A stretch of DNA of 64,000 bases from the NCBI GenBank assembly GCA_001687465.1, contig LVLI01000208.1, forward strand, positions 1-64,000, given 5' to 3'. Made by a program: the position numbers and the translations under genes. The notes beneath the pieces are model-generated. The model was given only the letters and a program-made list of their open reading frames with translations. It searched no databases and was not told the DNA's origin. This document shows positions 26,657 through 38,381 of the stretch, piece by piece. This stretch comes from Halocafeteria seosinensis (lineage: Eukaryota). Numbering within the stretch: position 1 is the stretch's first letter; each line of letters starts with the position of its first letter.

Positions 26657-28793
26657 TTTGATCTTCCCGGTTCCCTACTGCATGCAAGCGAATCCGACGC
26701 GAAGCTGCGAGTCCGGTATCTGGAATTCGGATTCTCTATGGTAGCCTTAGATTCCAAGTTAGCTCTATTTCTCACGCTGTTATCCAATTCAATGGGGATT
26801 TTCTTTATCGTACCTGACGTCTTGTCTCTTGTATAAAGATCCAATATGCACGTCACACCACAGCAGCAGCGAGCTGCTGCTCTATCTTTGTCCCCAACGA
26901 CGTTGCGTTCTTCCGGTAGTTGTTGGTAGGCATACAACAATCTCGTTTATCTAAACGCTGTGTTTGTCAACCATGTATCGGCAGAGAAAACAATGATAGA
27001 ACGTGGGGTTCGAGGCGTTGGTCGCAAGTTGTCGCACTCGGAGTTGGCGGCTCATGCGGTACTATATTACCATTTGGCCTAGTATATGCCAAAAACGGTC
27101 GGCAACACGGACTAGAAACATGCAGTGTACAGGTTTGTCAACGATTATATGAAGGGAGGGAGTGATGAGTGGTTTCTCCTTGTTGACTTGCATAGCAACA
27201 GCCATGAACTAGCCACTGGTAGAGTTTAAGGGTGGAGTTTTACTTCATTGAACAGCTTCAGGTGGTCATTGCTTTCCGTGTATATCAACACGACGAAGCA
27301 ACCAAGCAACCAGGTGAAGGATTTACACCAAGGCGTATTCATCCAGCACCATGGAACAGGTGATGGCGGCAGTAGGGGCTTGGCTGAGAAGTCTCCCAGT
27401 GGCCTGTATGTACCAGCATTCACGCAACTGAAAGCAACTGCAGCGACGATCGCGATTCCCTTGATGCAAGTTAACTCAGCAGTAGACATCATTGTTGGTT
27501 TCTAACATATGTCTGCAGTTCCTTGACTTACAGAAGTAACAGAGTGCATTTGAATATACAGATGGGTAGGCATGCTTAGCGGCTCATCATACCCAGTTAG
27601 CCTTCGGTCAACTAAGCTCTCGGTTCCAGAAACATACCTAGGTCATGCTGAAGTATCAGTTTTGACCTGGAGACTGTCATCGCCATCTTGTGCACGCTGT
27701 GCCACGCATATATCGCCTTATTCATCTTTAGCACTGTCAAGACATGTGTCGTGTGCTACTCACCCTCACTATCTGCCTCATCTAAGATTCTAAGCCACTA
27801 AAATCACACCTTGAAGCTAACAAGGCCCTTAGAGGTTGGAATATCTTTTTCGTTCATATCCCCCTTGCTTTTGCCCCAGTTAGGTACTCGCTTGTTCTTA
27901 TCATGCAGTCGTCAAACTCAGGACGATATCAAGTTTCCACACATTGTCTGCGGCGCTCGCGCGTAAACATCCGTCAGTCTTCACAACACTTGGCCTGTCC
28001 TTTCATGTTTCCAAAATTTACATTTCAAAGGAACAAAATTGCACGGAACACCACTGTGGAACCAAACTCCATAAATGTAGGGGAAAACGAGCCCAATGAT
28101 GGCCGTGACTCCTCCAAGTCTTCGACAGCCCAACCTCTTCCAAGCCCCTCAGTCCAGCGAACACAGTAGCTCAATTGGAGTACAAACTTTTCCTTCTGCC
28201 CAGTATCACCAGGTTTCCCATCTTCCAAAGCATCCATCATCCGAATACGCGTCCGCAATGAGCAAAACCGCATCCTAACTCGAAGAGTGCAGTCGTCCTC
28301 TTTTCAATTAGATGGATTCCGGGACCTTGGTGGACGAAGCAGTTGAACGCTTTGAGTTCTCGCGACTTCTCTATGCAGTTTCACAAAACGCTGTTTTTCC
28401 TCTTCCTTGCAGTATAGATAATACCATAGAGACGTTGTTGCCCTAACTAGGCATGATCCCTGAGAGTTCCTGCCCTAGCGACGTCTCTGGCGCACTTGGA
28501 TGTTCACTCCCCTCCAATGCACCCCCGTCTGCAGTATCCAGTGCCAATAGCATCTCCTGTTATACCAATAGCATTCGCCTATGATGTTAAGCAGCCGCAA
28601 CATGAGCCACCATCCTCCTCATCTGCCATAATCTGCTTCCTCTGCGTCTTGATGCATCCATACGTCACGTATACCGGCACAGTTTTACAGTGTAAATAAA
28701 ATTTCCCAGGATTCGGGTTTACGACCCGCGCGGTTAAACAAAACTTAGTAACGTCGATTAGGATGCAGGCTGCCTGCCAGTGAGTGCCTGGCT

Positions 28794-29615
28794 GACGTCA
28801 ATACTATAGCCCAACAATTGATGAATGTCTTCTGTGTTGAAGTGGTTCATTTGTGTTATGGTGACGTCGAAATCCGTCTTTCGCAGGGACCCACGAATCT
28901 GCGCGTACACAGACAGCATCGGCTTCCCCATGTTTCCGACGCTAGCAAGAGCCTTTCAGGGTCGTCTGGCTTTGGCCTTGGGAGGCAAGGCCAAAAGTCA
29001 ATTTCGGCCCACTGCAGGACCTACCAGACAGAGTGTCTTGAATGAACTCTGGCATTACTGTGGAACGGAGCTGAATGCCAGCCGAGGTTGAGAAAACTGT
29101 ATGTTCTTTATACTGAAATGTATTCAATTAAGGAGGAAAACAACTCGCTCTGGTTTTGCTGTTTTGGTGTTGTGGCTGCTGTCCTTGGCACCGCGTAAGG
29201 TGGACACAATGGGGGACAACTTCACGAATATTTCTGCTCAAATTATTTGTGATGTGAAAAAGTCGAAATATGTCCACCGGCCGTTAAAGGTGGCCCTCAT
29301 ACACCGACGTCAATAGCCCAACAATTGATGATTCAATGATGAATGTCTTTTGTGTTGAAGTGCGTTCTGGTTCATTTGTGTTAAAAAGTGACGTCGAAAT
29401 CCGTCTTTCGCAGGGACCCACGAATCTGCGCGTACACAGACAGCATCGGCTTCCCCATGTTTCCGACGCTAGCAAGAGCCTTTCAGGGTCGTCTGGCCTT
29501 GGCCTTGGGAGGCAAGGCCAAAAGTCAATTTCGGCCCACTGCAGGACCTAACAAACAGAGTGTCTTGAATGAACTCTGGCAGTACTGTGGAACGGAGCTG
29601 AATGCCAGCCGAGGT
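28794..29615. repeat. Direct repeat of ~300 bp; copies at 28794-29088 and 29306-29615
   Basis: Both copies run GACGTCAAT...GTGACGTCGAAATCCGTCTTTCGCAGGGACCC...GAATGCCAGCCGAGGT. The 3' ~225 bp differ by only a few substitutions, and the indels cluster at the 5' end. Confidence 0.95.
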
Positions 29616-32600
29616 GCAGGGACATGGGCATCCGCCAAGAAAAGTCCTGGGGGAACGAAAAAGCCCAAGGCTGCGAACACCGACTGCAAGGGGTGGACAT
29701 CGACTGTTCTTCCCGTTGGGAATGTATCCCTCCCCGGCCGACCCCAGAGGCTGAATATACCAATGACAGGATTAAACTTCGTGCAACAGAAATCCTCATT
29801 TATTTCTCAGCCAAGCAGTTCGGATGATGGACAGCAGCAAGATCCCGACGCCCAAAAACAGTCTTCAACCACAGAGGGTAAGTGACTCCCGCATATAATA
29901 CGGAACTGCTGCGTACAACCCATCAGGTCTATCTCTCCAATGTCTCCTTTTTCTAAGAGGCAGCAGTACCTGCAGGTCAACAAGCATTACTCGAATGGTT
30001 GGACAAAGCGAGGGAGGAATTGGGAGAGCAGCACGACTATTGCGTGGAAATTGTAAAAGATATGAATCTGGCTTTTGGAAAAGCTCCATTCGACACAGAA
30101 GAGAAAACTATGGCGTTCTTTCGGGAGAAAAATGTTCCAGAGGCCACCACTTTAGGTATCGCTGCTTTCGAAGAGAGCCAGAAATATATCGGTATGTCTG
30201 GATGAATTGACATGTGTCATAGTGTACATGATATCGTGCGACCGTTTTCGCCGATGCAGCGACGAAGAACAGGTACCCTTCGCAAGCATTTGGTAAGGCC
30301 CAAAACACTTGCCCGTAACGAACATGGCTTGAGGCTTGTGGAAGTATTCGCTTTGCTTTTGACAGAGACCTGGCTGACGGAAGCGCGCACCCAGCCAAGA
30401 AACGGGCTACCAGTCTTTGATTCATATTCCTTTGAGAACCGGGAAGAACAGTTGCAGGATATTGCCTTTGCTGTTGGCCGACTTGTGCCAGGGGGTAGTG
30501 GTAGGAATCAGCCGATATTCGTGAGCGCACTTGGCTGGGGAAGTGGGAAGACCCAGCTGTTCACTCGAGGTATCGCTGCCTACCTTGCGCGTAACCCTCT
30601 ACAGGATCATATCAGCATTCACTGCTATTTTGATTTTTCTTGGCTATCGAGCAATTTTACCCCTGGTAAGGAATCGTGTGAACGCTCAGCGTCGCGGATG
30701 GTAATCAGGACTGTTTTCCAAAACGCAGGGGAAGCATTATTAGTTGGACTTGTGAGAGCCTTGGCTGATGCCCACATTGTTGACAAATCCCAGACTTGTG
30801 GAGAGGTCCAGCCTCCTAATGTGGTAATGAAACCTGTCCTCGATGACAGGACTCGAGCAACGTTTTTGCAGTCCGCAACCGAGAGTCTTCACAATCTAAT
30901 GTCTCTGAATCCACTTAAGTACTCGAAGCCTGAAGAGACAACCCAGGATGTTTTCAAACATGATACAAAGCGGATCTCTGAGATAGCCAAAAGTTTAGCT
31001 ACTTTGTTTTACAGCTTTCTACCCGAAGGAGGAAAGTCGTACAAAACTTTGATCCTGCTGGATGAGCTAGACTCTGTATGCGGTGAGTCATCGTCTGTAC
31101 ATTCAGCAGCTACGACATACCTGTGGTGGAATATGTCAGATGGACTAATGGAAGCAGAGAAGATACAAATGCTAGGGGCTGGTAGAATGCCGGAACTCTT
31201 GCAAGTATCTCGTAATAATTTCTTCGTCAAAAATTATAATTTTTCGGCAGGAGCACCTAAGCGGGAATTGGAACACGTCCCGCTAAACGCCCTAACTGAA
31301 GTTCATTTGGAAAACATACTGAATAGGAGTAAAATTATACCGGCTGATAGGGTGTCTCTTTATGCAAGGGCGCTGCATGCGCTTACTAGTGGGGTACCAC
31401 GCTTTGTGTTTTATGCGATCTCAGCGGTAGAAAAAGCGCTTATTCAGGGGAGTGTAGCCTCTCTGAACCCTGTTGTTAGTCGCCTTTCCCGCGCCGGCGA
31501 GACTCCAACCTACGCCGACAAGATTGCATCGTTTTTCGAGAAACAAAGGATGCCATTTCTTACTTTGGCTACAGCTTCTCTTTTGGGATCACGCTTTTCT
31601 CCAGACGCAAAAATGGACTTCAATGGCACCATATATCCTGAAGGCGGTGGCGGCCCGCAGAGCCGCCCCGTTGCTGATTGGTGCCGAGCATTCAATTTCT
31701 ATCTGAATATGGATTCGTCGAGGCTACTGAGTCTTCGCTTCCCTCTAGTTTTGCGTGCGGCCCTGCGTGAACATACAGACTCGCTTTATTTAGCCACAGA
31801 CTATCATGGTCATGTACCGTCCAAGGATTTAGCACTATTCAGAATGGTTTTCGTGAAATCGTCCGTGTGTGACATGACGCCAAAAGGATTTCCGGGCAAT
31901 GCCAAGGTCTTGGACCAGTTGGATTCATTGCTCACTTCAGTTCTACCATCTTTTCCGCAGCATTCTCTTCTGCCTTCAGCTACGACGGGCTCAGTGTATG
32001 AGGAATTTATATTCAAAGTGTTGCATCTTCGTCTTACTGAATTTACTGGCGACCTGACCTCTAGGCCTATCAGGGCCGTGCTCCCCACTCCGCCGTCGAT
32101 CGCGAGTGCCTGCTACAACCCCCAGGCTATCAAAGTGGCGCAGTTACCCTGTTTCAAGATTCAAAGTGTCGACTTCACGGAAGAGAAGAAGGAACTATTG
32201 TTGGAATTGATGCAGCCTGTAGACTTTGCGGATCCTCGGCCTTACCAAGTAGTTAACCCTGTACATTGGCGTCATTTTGCTCCTGCGATAAAGGATAATA
32301 CTATCTATCTCGTTCCGCCGTTGAGTTCAAGTGCAGACGCGTATATGACCTTCCCGGCCCAGATTTGGGGGATCAACGACAAGTTTCAACTCGAAGCGTT
32401 GGGAATGAAGACAATCGTCGAGGAGTTCAGTAAAGCTTTCCCTTCCGATTTGATTGATTCTTTGCCCGATAGGAAGAAGATATTTGTTAACATTTGTGCA
32501 GTATCAACAGAGCTATCAGATGCCTTGAAAACGGTAGGGGCAATCAGTGTAGAAGGTGGCTGGTGCCTAGAAGGGCCCGCTAAGTTGGGTAACGCGACCT

Positions 32601-32794
32601 TCAAGTTGGGAGGTGAAAAAGACGGCAATTTTATACTACCGGAAGGTTGTGCGATTCTCATTGTAGATCAAACAGAGGTGTCATTGTCGTTCAGTAGGTT
32701 TATGGAGTACAGCTCGGCACCTGCCTTATTTTCTTATTACAGCGCTGTACGGAAGTATTATACTGAGATGGCCAGCTTCCGACCAAGACAGTAG
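29457..32794 (+). CDS. Crinkler/RHS (CR)-type protein: helical header, P-loop NTPase and C-terminal PD-(D/E)xK-like nuclease; predicted exons 29457-29877, 29958 (or 29976)-30191 and 30273-32794
   Basis: Walker A GWGSGKT (~30533-30553) is preceded by FENREEQL. Walker B is LILLDELD and a sensor-like LTSGVPR follows. The C-terminal part has GSVYEEFI...SSSADAY...GINDK. Phase-1 GT-AG introns link the three ORF pieces. The start codon is uncertain (29457 or 29764). Confidence 0.7.
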
Positions 32795-33799
32795 CTTTTT
32801 GTAGTAACCAACGACGATGCAATGCAGGAGACGGGGAGAGAATGTTACCGATTCCAGCCATGTTTTCACTTCACTCCTCGATATTTTTTGCGGTTTATCG
32901 GCTTCGCGTCCGCCTGCACAGCTTCAACATGCATGGATGTTAGGAATTCGGCAGAGAAGTAGTCGGTTGTTCGTAGGGCAAACAATGAATTACCCACGGG
33001 GCTAATCCATACTGTAATACACACGCACACTGTAATACAAGTACTTGTGCTATTGACACTCTTGCATAGTATGGAAACAGACGAGCTCGACGAGGAGGAT
33101 GCTCCCGTGCCAGTTGTCTACGCACAACTGGCTGTAGGTGGCAACTCTGATACAAACAGAGCAACTATCAATCGGCACGAAACCAACTCGAAAGCTTCTT
33201 GGCCAGTAAACAGCTCCCATCTGTAGACCTTGTGGAAGAGTCTGTGGTGAGTATGGGACGTACACAGTACCTAGCCGACCACGGTGTTGGCTTGTCATTG
33301 GTCACAACTGTTGCGTCGGGAACAACACTTAATCCTGCCTGCGCTGCTGCAACCGGTCCTGGCGTCGGCGTCGCTGTGGCAGGCTCAGGGTCTTCACCTG
33401 CCAGACTGAGCCTTGACGGTAACCCTGACATCGTGGGCGCAGGCTTGGCCGATGCCTCCTGAGCAAAACCAGTGTTGTGTTCCCTTACGGCGAAATTTGT
33501 GACAACTGACAGCTGTACAGAATACGACTTCAACAAAAGTAGGTGGTACCAGAGTCTTACATACATCGACGTGTATTACATGTATGTTTCTGTCAATGTG
33601 TATAACATGACCATGTTGATAATCAACGGTGAAGTGGCTTCACTATCATTGCGGTGTTTTGGTACAGAACAAGTTGCCAATACTCCTCCAACAGGCAGGC
33701 GCCTGGAAGTGACGACAAGTATATCGCATATGCATGTAGTATGCGTTCTTCATATTGCTGATACGATGCGGACAAATGAACAGCGGAAATTCGTCCTTC

Positions 33800-35950
33800 G
33801 ACTGTGAAGAGCGTGTGGTCTGGCGAAGTCCAACTGTCTGGCACCAGCTCACTGAGAGGAGTGTCACTGTCCCAATCACTACTCTCGTCACCAGGCAGCA
33901 ACTGTACACCCATGTCATCAGGAAATAGCGCTTTCCAGAATGTCTGGAATGTTCCCGGAAGGTCGCTCTTCAGGAAACGAACGGGTTCCCATGAGTTTCC
34001 GCTTTCTGGGGTAGCCCTTCCACTTCACAGACACACGCTTCTTCGCGGGTTCATACTTGACGAACCTTTCGACCACATGCTTCTTTGTCCTCTTATCTGA
34101 TCCAAAGCTGCGTTTCGAAGTGCTTGACGGCCTGTTCTGAACTTTTACACAAGCAGCTCCTGCAGTAGGAACACCAGTTGACGTTCTCCTCGACGACTTC
34201 TCTCCTGGAACGCGGCTGGCTGACCTGCCGCTACATTTGGAAACACTTGATGCGCTCTTTTCAACTTGTTGGACGGAACTTCCTGCCTTATGAATGGTCG
34301 CTAGACTCGAAGATTTCTTCTGGGCGACGGTGGAAGACCGACTTCGCTTGACTGGTTTGGTCTTGGTGCTTAGTTTTCCAGACAGTCTCTGGGAATGCTG
34401 GAAAGCACTGGGATTTAAATTCTCGGCATTTCCTATTTGCTTCAGAGATGACTCTTTAGGTGTTTTAGCTGGAAATATTGTCTTGTACATCGCAAGCACG
34501 GCAGTCAGAGAATTGCTCAGTCTAAACCCTCGTATCAGCACTTCCAGGAAGCGGTTCGTTTGGGTATCGGGTGGACCATACCATTTTACTGGTGAAGAGC
34601 AATCTTTCAGTGTTTTCAGCAGCTCCGTTCTATTTTGCGTCGTCGATCCCTCAAGTTTTGCGGAGATAATAGGTGGACACGTCATCACATCTGGGCTTAT
34701 CACAGAAGGATCGAAAGTCGAACATGCGATGTATATTACTCGAAGCGTGCTGGTGGCGTGGCTTATATCCTGCCCCTTAACCATATGGTTGGCACTTTCA
34801 GTGATACTGTTCGCAAAACGAGTAACCCACGTAAACGTTCGTCGGAATCCCCGCGAGAGTCCAAAAGCTCAAGTTATCCCGACAGTATTCGATGAAATCT
34901 GCATGTTTTTTCGACAAGGTCGCCTGACAAAGCGTCTCCAGCTCGTCCCAATATCCTTAGACTGAAAAATGTCTATGGTAGCAGCAGCCTTTCGTAGTAG
35001 GATCTTGCCTGGAAGTACGTCGTCTCGGTTTTGGAACTTACTGAATCGCTTGTTCCAGTTGACAATCAGATGGTACTCACATGACTTATGAATTCCCTGA
35101 GGCCACACCTCATGTACAGCTTTTCGAAATCCCGCTGCATCATCTGAGATGATCACGCCCGGTGGAACCGCCCCCAGAAGCTCGTGTGAATGAACTGGAG
35201 TGGGATTACGGTGGTTACACCCTCGCTTTCTCCATAAGCGAGCGCCTGCGCAAGAACTAGGACCTGGCCTTCTTTTGACGGCATCACGAACTGATAAAGC
35301 TGTGTCTTCTTTTTGTTTAATTGAAGACCGTCTACCGGAATGTTGTGTGTACTGTCGAAGTGGATGGATCCTGGTAGAGCTCTGCCGACTTTAGCATGGC
35401 GGGAGACGACCAACATGCGCAAACGTCCGGTACAATTCGATATTTACAGTTATTCCTCTCGAAAAAAGATATCACGGTACGCTCTTCGTTCTCCGATGAA
35501 AAAATATTTGATGCTTCGCGTTGAATCCGCTTCTTCGTCGCGGCTCTTATCTTGACCCCATCGACGGCCTGGCACTGGCAGCCTTGGTGAGTGATGGACC
35601 TGGGATGGACATGTAACTATTACAAATCGTTGCGTTCTTTCGGGCTTCAGTCATTTCTTGATTCCACTCGGCAGCGTTGTCATCGCCTGTATGTTTCCAA
35701 TTTCCTTCAGTAGTCACACACGTAAACGTTCCAGTAACCTGGTCCTGCTCCCATCGCAACGATACCATGAATTGGCACGGCATTGCCAGCAACGGTCTGC
35801 TCCTTCGTATGCTCTCTCTTGGTCTGGCCCGCAACTGCGCTTCTTGTGCTTCACTAAGGCCACCAAGTAAGCGGCAAGCAAGCTTCAGTGTCTCTGATGG
35901 CGATACGTACCTGGATTTACATTTGTACAGAATCTGGTACTCGACGTGAG
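33800..35950 (-). pseudogene. Frameshifted MULE transposase with WRKY/FAR1-like finger, DDE core, degenerate SWIM-like motif and C-terminal chromodomain
   Basis: In order: YKCKSR...PCQFMV...NWKHTG; IHFDSTH (D1 ~35355); IISDDAAGFRKAVHEVWP (D2 ~35143); CEYHL (CxxH); DNLSFW; ANSITESANHMVK (E ~34798). Then HVVERFVKY...VKWKGYP/ESGNSWEP across a 1-bp frameshift at 34008-34011. Confidence 0.85.
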
Positions 35951-37476
35951 AAAACTTAGGGTTAGCGTGGGGCTTATCGTTCCAGTTGGAGTCCTTGGGC
36001 GGCTGTGCGACGACGATGGAGTGGGACTCCGAGAAGGGGTAAAGCTGCTTGAAGGAGTCTCCGACCTTGTCGTTGTCGCTAATGGCGTCGACATGGGTGA
36101 AGGAGTAGATGACGGTGCTACTTGAAATCGTAGAATTGGCAGCAGATTCTCTTTGTCGTCACTTTCTCCTCTATCTAGAGCCCATACGTCATCCGACCAC
36201 CCTCCCAGTTGATACAGTTGTCCCCGTATGTCCGTCAAATCATCTGAATTGTTTGTCTCTGCAAGACTACTGCGACCATTCACTCCAACGATACCGGTAG
36301 GCTCGGTTCCTCCATTTCTATTGTATACTGAGTATTTCACGTGAATAGTACCACTTGCACCACCCCCTATCTGTCCTATAATCCCACCAGCATCCGTACC
36401 CGTGACTGTACCCGATATATTTGTAATGCAGACATCTCCTGTAGGATGGTTTGGCTCCCCTCCTGTCCTCTCCCCTGTAATACCTCCTGCTTTTTCACCC
36501 CTAAAACTTCCTAGTGCATAGCAAGCTATGATATGTACTTCACCCTCACGATCTGCTGTATCTTCGCCGTTAATCCCTCCACTACAGTCTGCAGATATTG
36601 GTCCCATACTATAACATTCCTTGATTAAGACGAATCCATTGTCAAGACCAGCATTGCTGCCCACAATACCACCACTGTTTGAACTAGCAGGAATTATATC
36701 TCCTGTGGGATATAATTCCTGCTAGTTCAGAGCTATATACACTTGACCATTCGAAAAACCAGCACCGTTTCCACAGATACCACCTGATTCTTGTCCTTCA
36801 ATAGTTCCAGTGGAATGGCAATCCGTGATATTGGCAATCCCATGATTGTATCCAACATGAACTCCCACAATACCACGTGCAAGTCTGCCCAGTACCCTCC
36901 CTGCCGAGTACGAATTCGATATCTTAATTTGACCATTATCAAGACCACTCAAAAACCACATACATGTATACCACCACCAGCATTGCCAGCAATATCTCCT
37001 GATGAACTACATGAATCTATGATAAAGAATTTCTGCTCTTGTTGGACAATAAATCCATCTCTGCGTGCAGTTTCCCCATTCCTAATATCAAGATTCCGGA
37101 TCAATGGAGCTTGATCAAATGATGTAACACCGTCCAGTATCGTGAACAATCCTTGGAACTCCGTTATTCCGTTCAGATCTATAATGTGCCCATTTTGCCG
37201 ACCACCGTCCAACGTCGCATCCAACGAAATATAATCTTGGTTCGTATAGCCATGATCACCCCAAACCAACGCATTACAGTTCATTTCAAACTGGTGTTGA
37301 GCCGCATTATAGTGGAAGCAGGATTCAGTTCCATTTACCGGTAGAATCGCAGGTCGTAAATCTGTTGCCACTACCTCGTTCAAGAAAGTGCAACCGAAAA
37401 ACAATGACGCCAACATAACCGTTGTTAGTGAAGTTAATCGTATTTTGCAGTCCGTAAGCCCGAGACGCTTTTCCAT
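35950..37476 (-). pseudogene. GLUG-motif repeat secreted or surface protein with an S/T/P-rich stalk; disrupted and 3'-truncated
   Basis: Signal-like MLASLFFGCTFLNEVVA is followed by at least six repeats of type (C/S)YSxGxIxG..xGGIxG (SSGDIAGNAGGGI, HSTGTIEGQESGGICG, CYSMGPISADCSGGING, CYALGSFRGEKAGGITG), then LPIL and PSSTPSPMSTP.... It is split over three ORFs by a frameshift near 36955 and a disruption near 36722. Confidence 0.75.
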
Positions 37477-37506
37477 GCGCTAGCCGTTTCGTCCTCGTCG
37501 TATACG

Positions 37507-38130
37507 TCAGCGTTCGGATATCCCCAAGAGAGTGCCAGCTTCCGTTAGGTATTCCTTCACGCCGCTTCGAGAGTAGGCGAAGGTTTTATACAGCCGTAGG
37601 ATCACGCAAATTAATGCGGCCTTTCCAATTAGCTCCTGCTTTGTTCGTATCGGGCCCATGACTTTGTTAACTAAGTCGCAGAACGATTTTTCATCAATAT
37701 GCGCAGGTCGTTGTTGGCAAAGCTTGTAAAACTTCGCTCGATCTTCAGCAGATTCAGGGAGAGGGAAAATAGAGTCCAAGGCACAATCTGGGTACATACT
37801 TCGTGCAGTGCTTCGGCACATGCTTCCAACGACGGTTCAATTTGACAGGTATCCTCAGACGATTGCTGTGTACTCATACGAGAGAGCACATTAAGCATTT
37901 CACCTCGCTGCATATTTCAAATAGAAGTACCTCCCTGGCAGGATGTCCTCGACCTTCCACAGCAACCGTCTGTCCCTCTTGGGAACTCTGTTCAGAATAA
38001 AAGATGAGACATGTTATTGCCTTTGCTTTGCGGTATCCGGCTTAGCGCTTGTACACTCTATCATCTTAAACAGGGACGCTGAGTTCCCAAGTTCAGCAAC
38101 ACGTACCTCGGTTGGAGACCTTGCTGCCAT
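37507..38130 (-). pseudogene. Intron-containing, frameshifted ORF just inside the right TIR; probably the 5' part of the transposase gene or an accessory ORF
   Basis: ATG at 38130 gives MAARSPTE|GTACGT, and plausible introns link it to QSSEDTCQIEPSLEACAEALHEV and YPDCALDSIFPLP...LYKTFAYSRSG. It is on the same strand as the transposase. Confidence 0.4.
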
Positions 38131-38328
38131 GATTATCGGAAATACACGTATCGGAAGCACTCCAAGTACAGTATATACAACGATATGGGTATAATGAAGC
38201 TTTCACCGGTAGAATTGATGTAAATGCTGTTAGCAAAGTGTCGTAAAGTGGCAGAATAACATGAAAAAGTAGTTTGCCCGTTGCTTTTGTTGAAGTCGTA
38301 TTCTGTATAGTTTTGAACTGTACGTTCG

Positions 38329-38381
38329 GTACAGTTGTCCCAAATTTCAGCCGAATGTACAGTTGTCCCAAATTTCAGCCG
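38329..38381. repeat. Tandem duplication of a 25-bp motif (period 28) in the right TIR
   Basis: GTACAGTTGTCCCAAATTTCAGCCG occurs at 38329-38353 and 38357-38381. Confidence 0.95.

Larger units (their letters stand above)
33488..38381 (-). mobile_element. Mutator-like (MULE) DNA transposon of ~4.9 kb, bounded by imperfect terminal or subterminal inverted repeats; decayed and carrying cargo
   Basis: An exact 24-bp inverted repeat lies at 33516-33539 (TACAGAATACGACTTCAACAAAAG) and 38284-38307. CGGCGAAATTTGTGACAACTG (33488-33508) matches the reverse complement of 38332-38353 and 38360-38381. A MULE transposase lies between them. No TSD was identified, so the true ends are approximate. Confidence 0.8.

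Noticed and set aside
26900..28700. Short ORFs on both strands
   Set aside because: No recognisable motif or coherent splice model.
34294..34965. 223-aa + strand ORF and other antisense ORFs over long genes
   Set aside because: Shadow frames of coding sequence on the opposite strand.
35956..35965. TTAGGGTTAG telomere-like motif at the GLUG/transposase junction
   Set aside because: Fewer than two repeat units, which is expected by chance.
38329..38381. Possible CRISPR-like repeat
   Set aside because: Only two copies with a 3-nt spacer, in a eukaryote, and explained as a transposon subterminal repeat.
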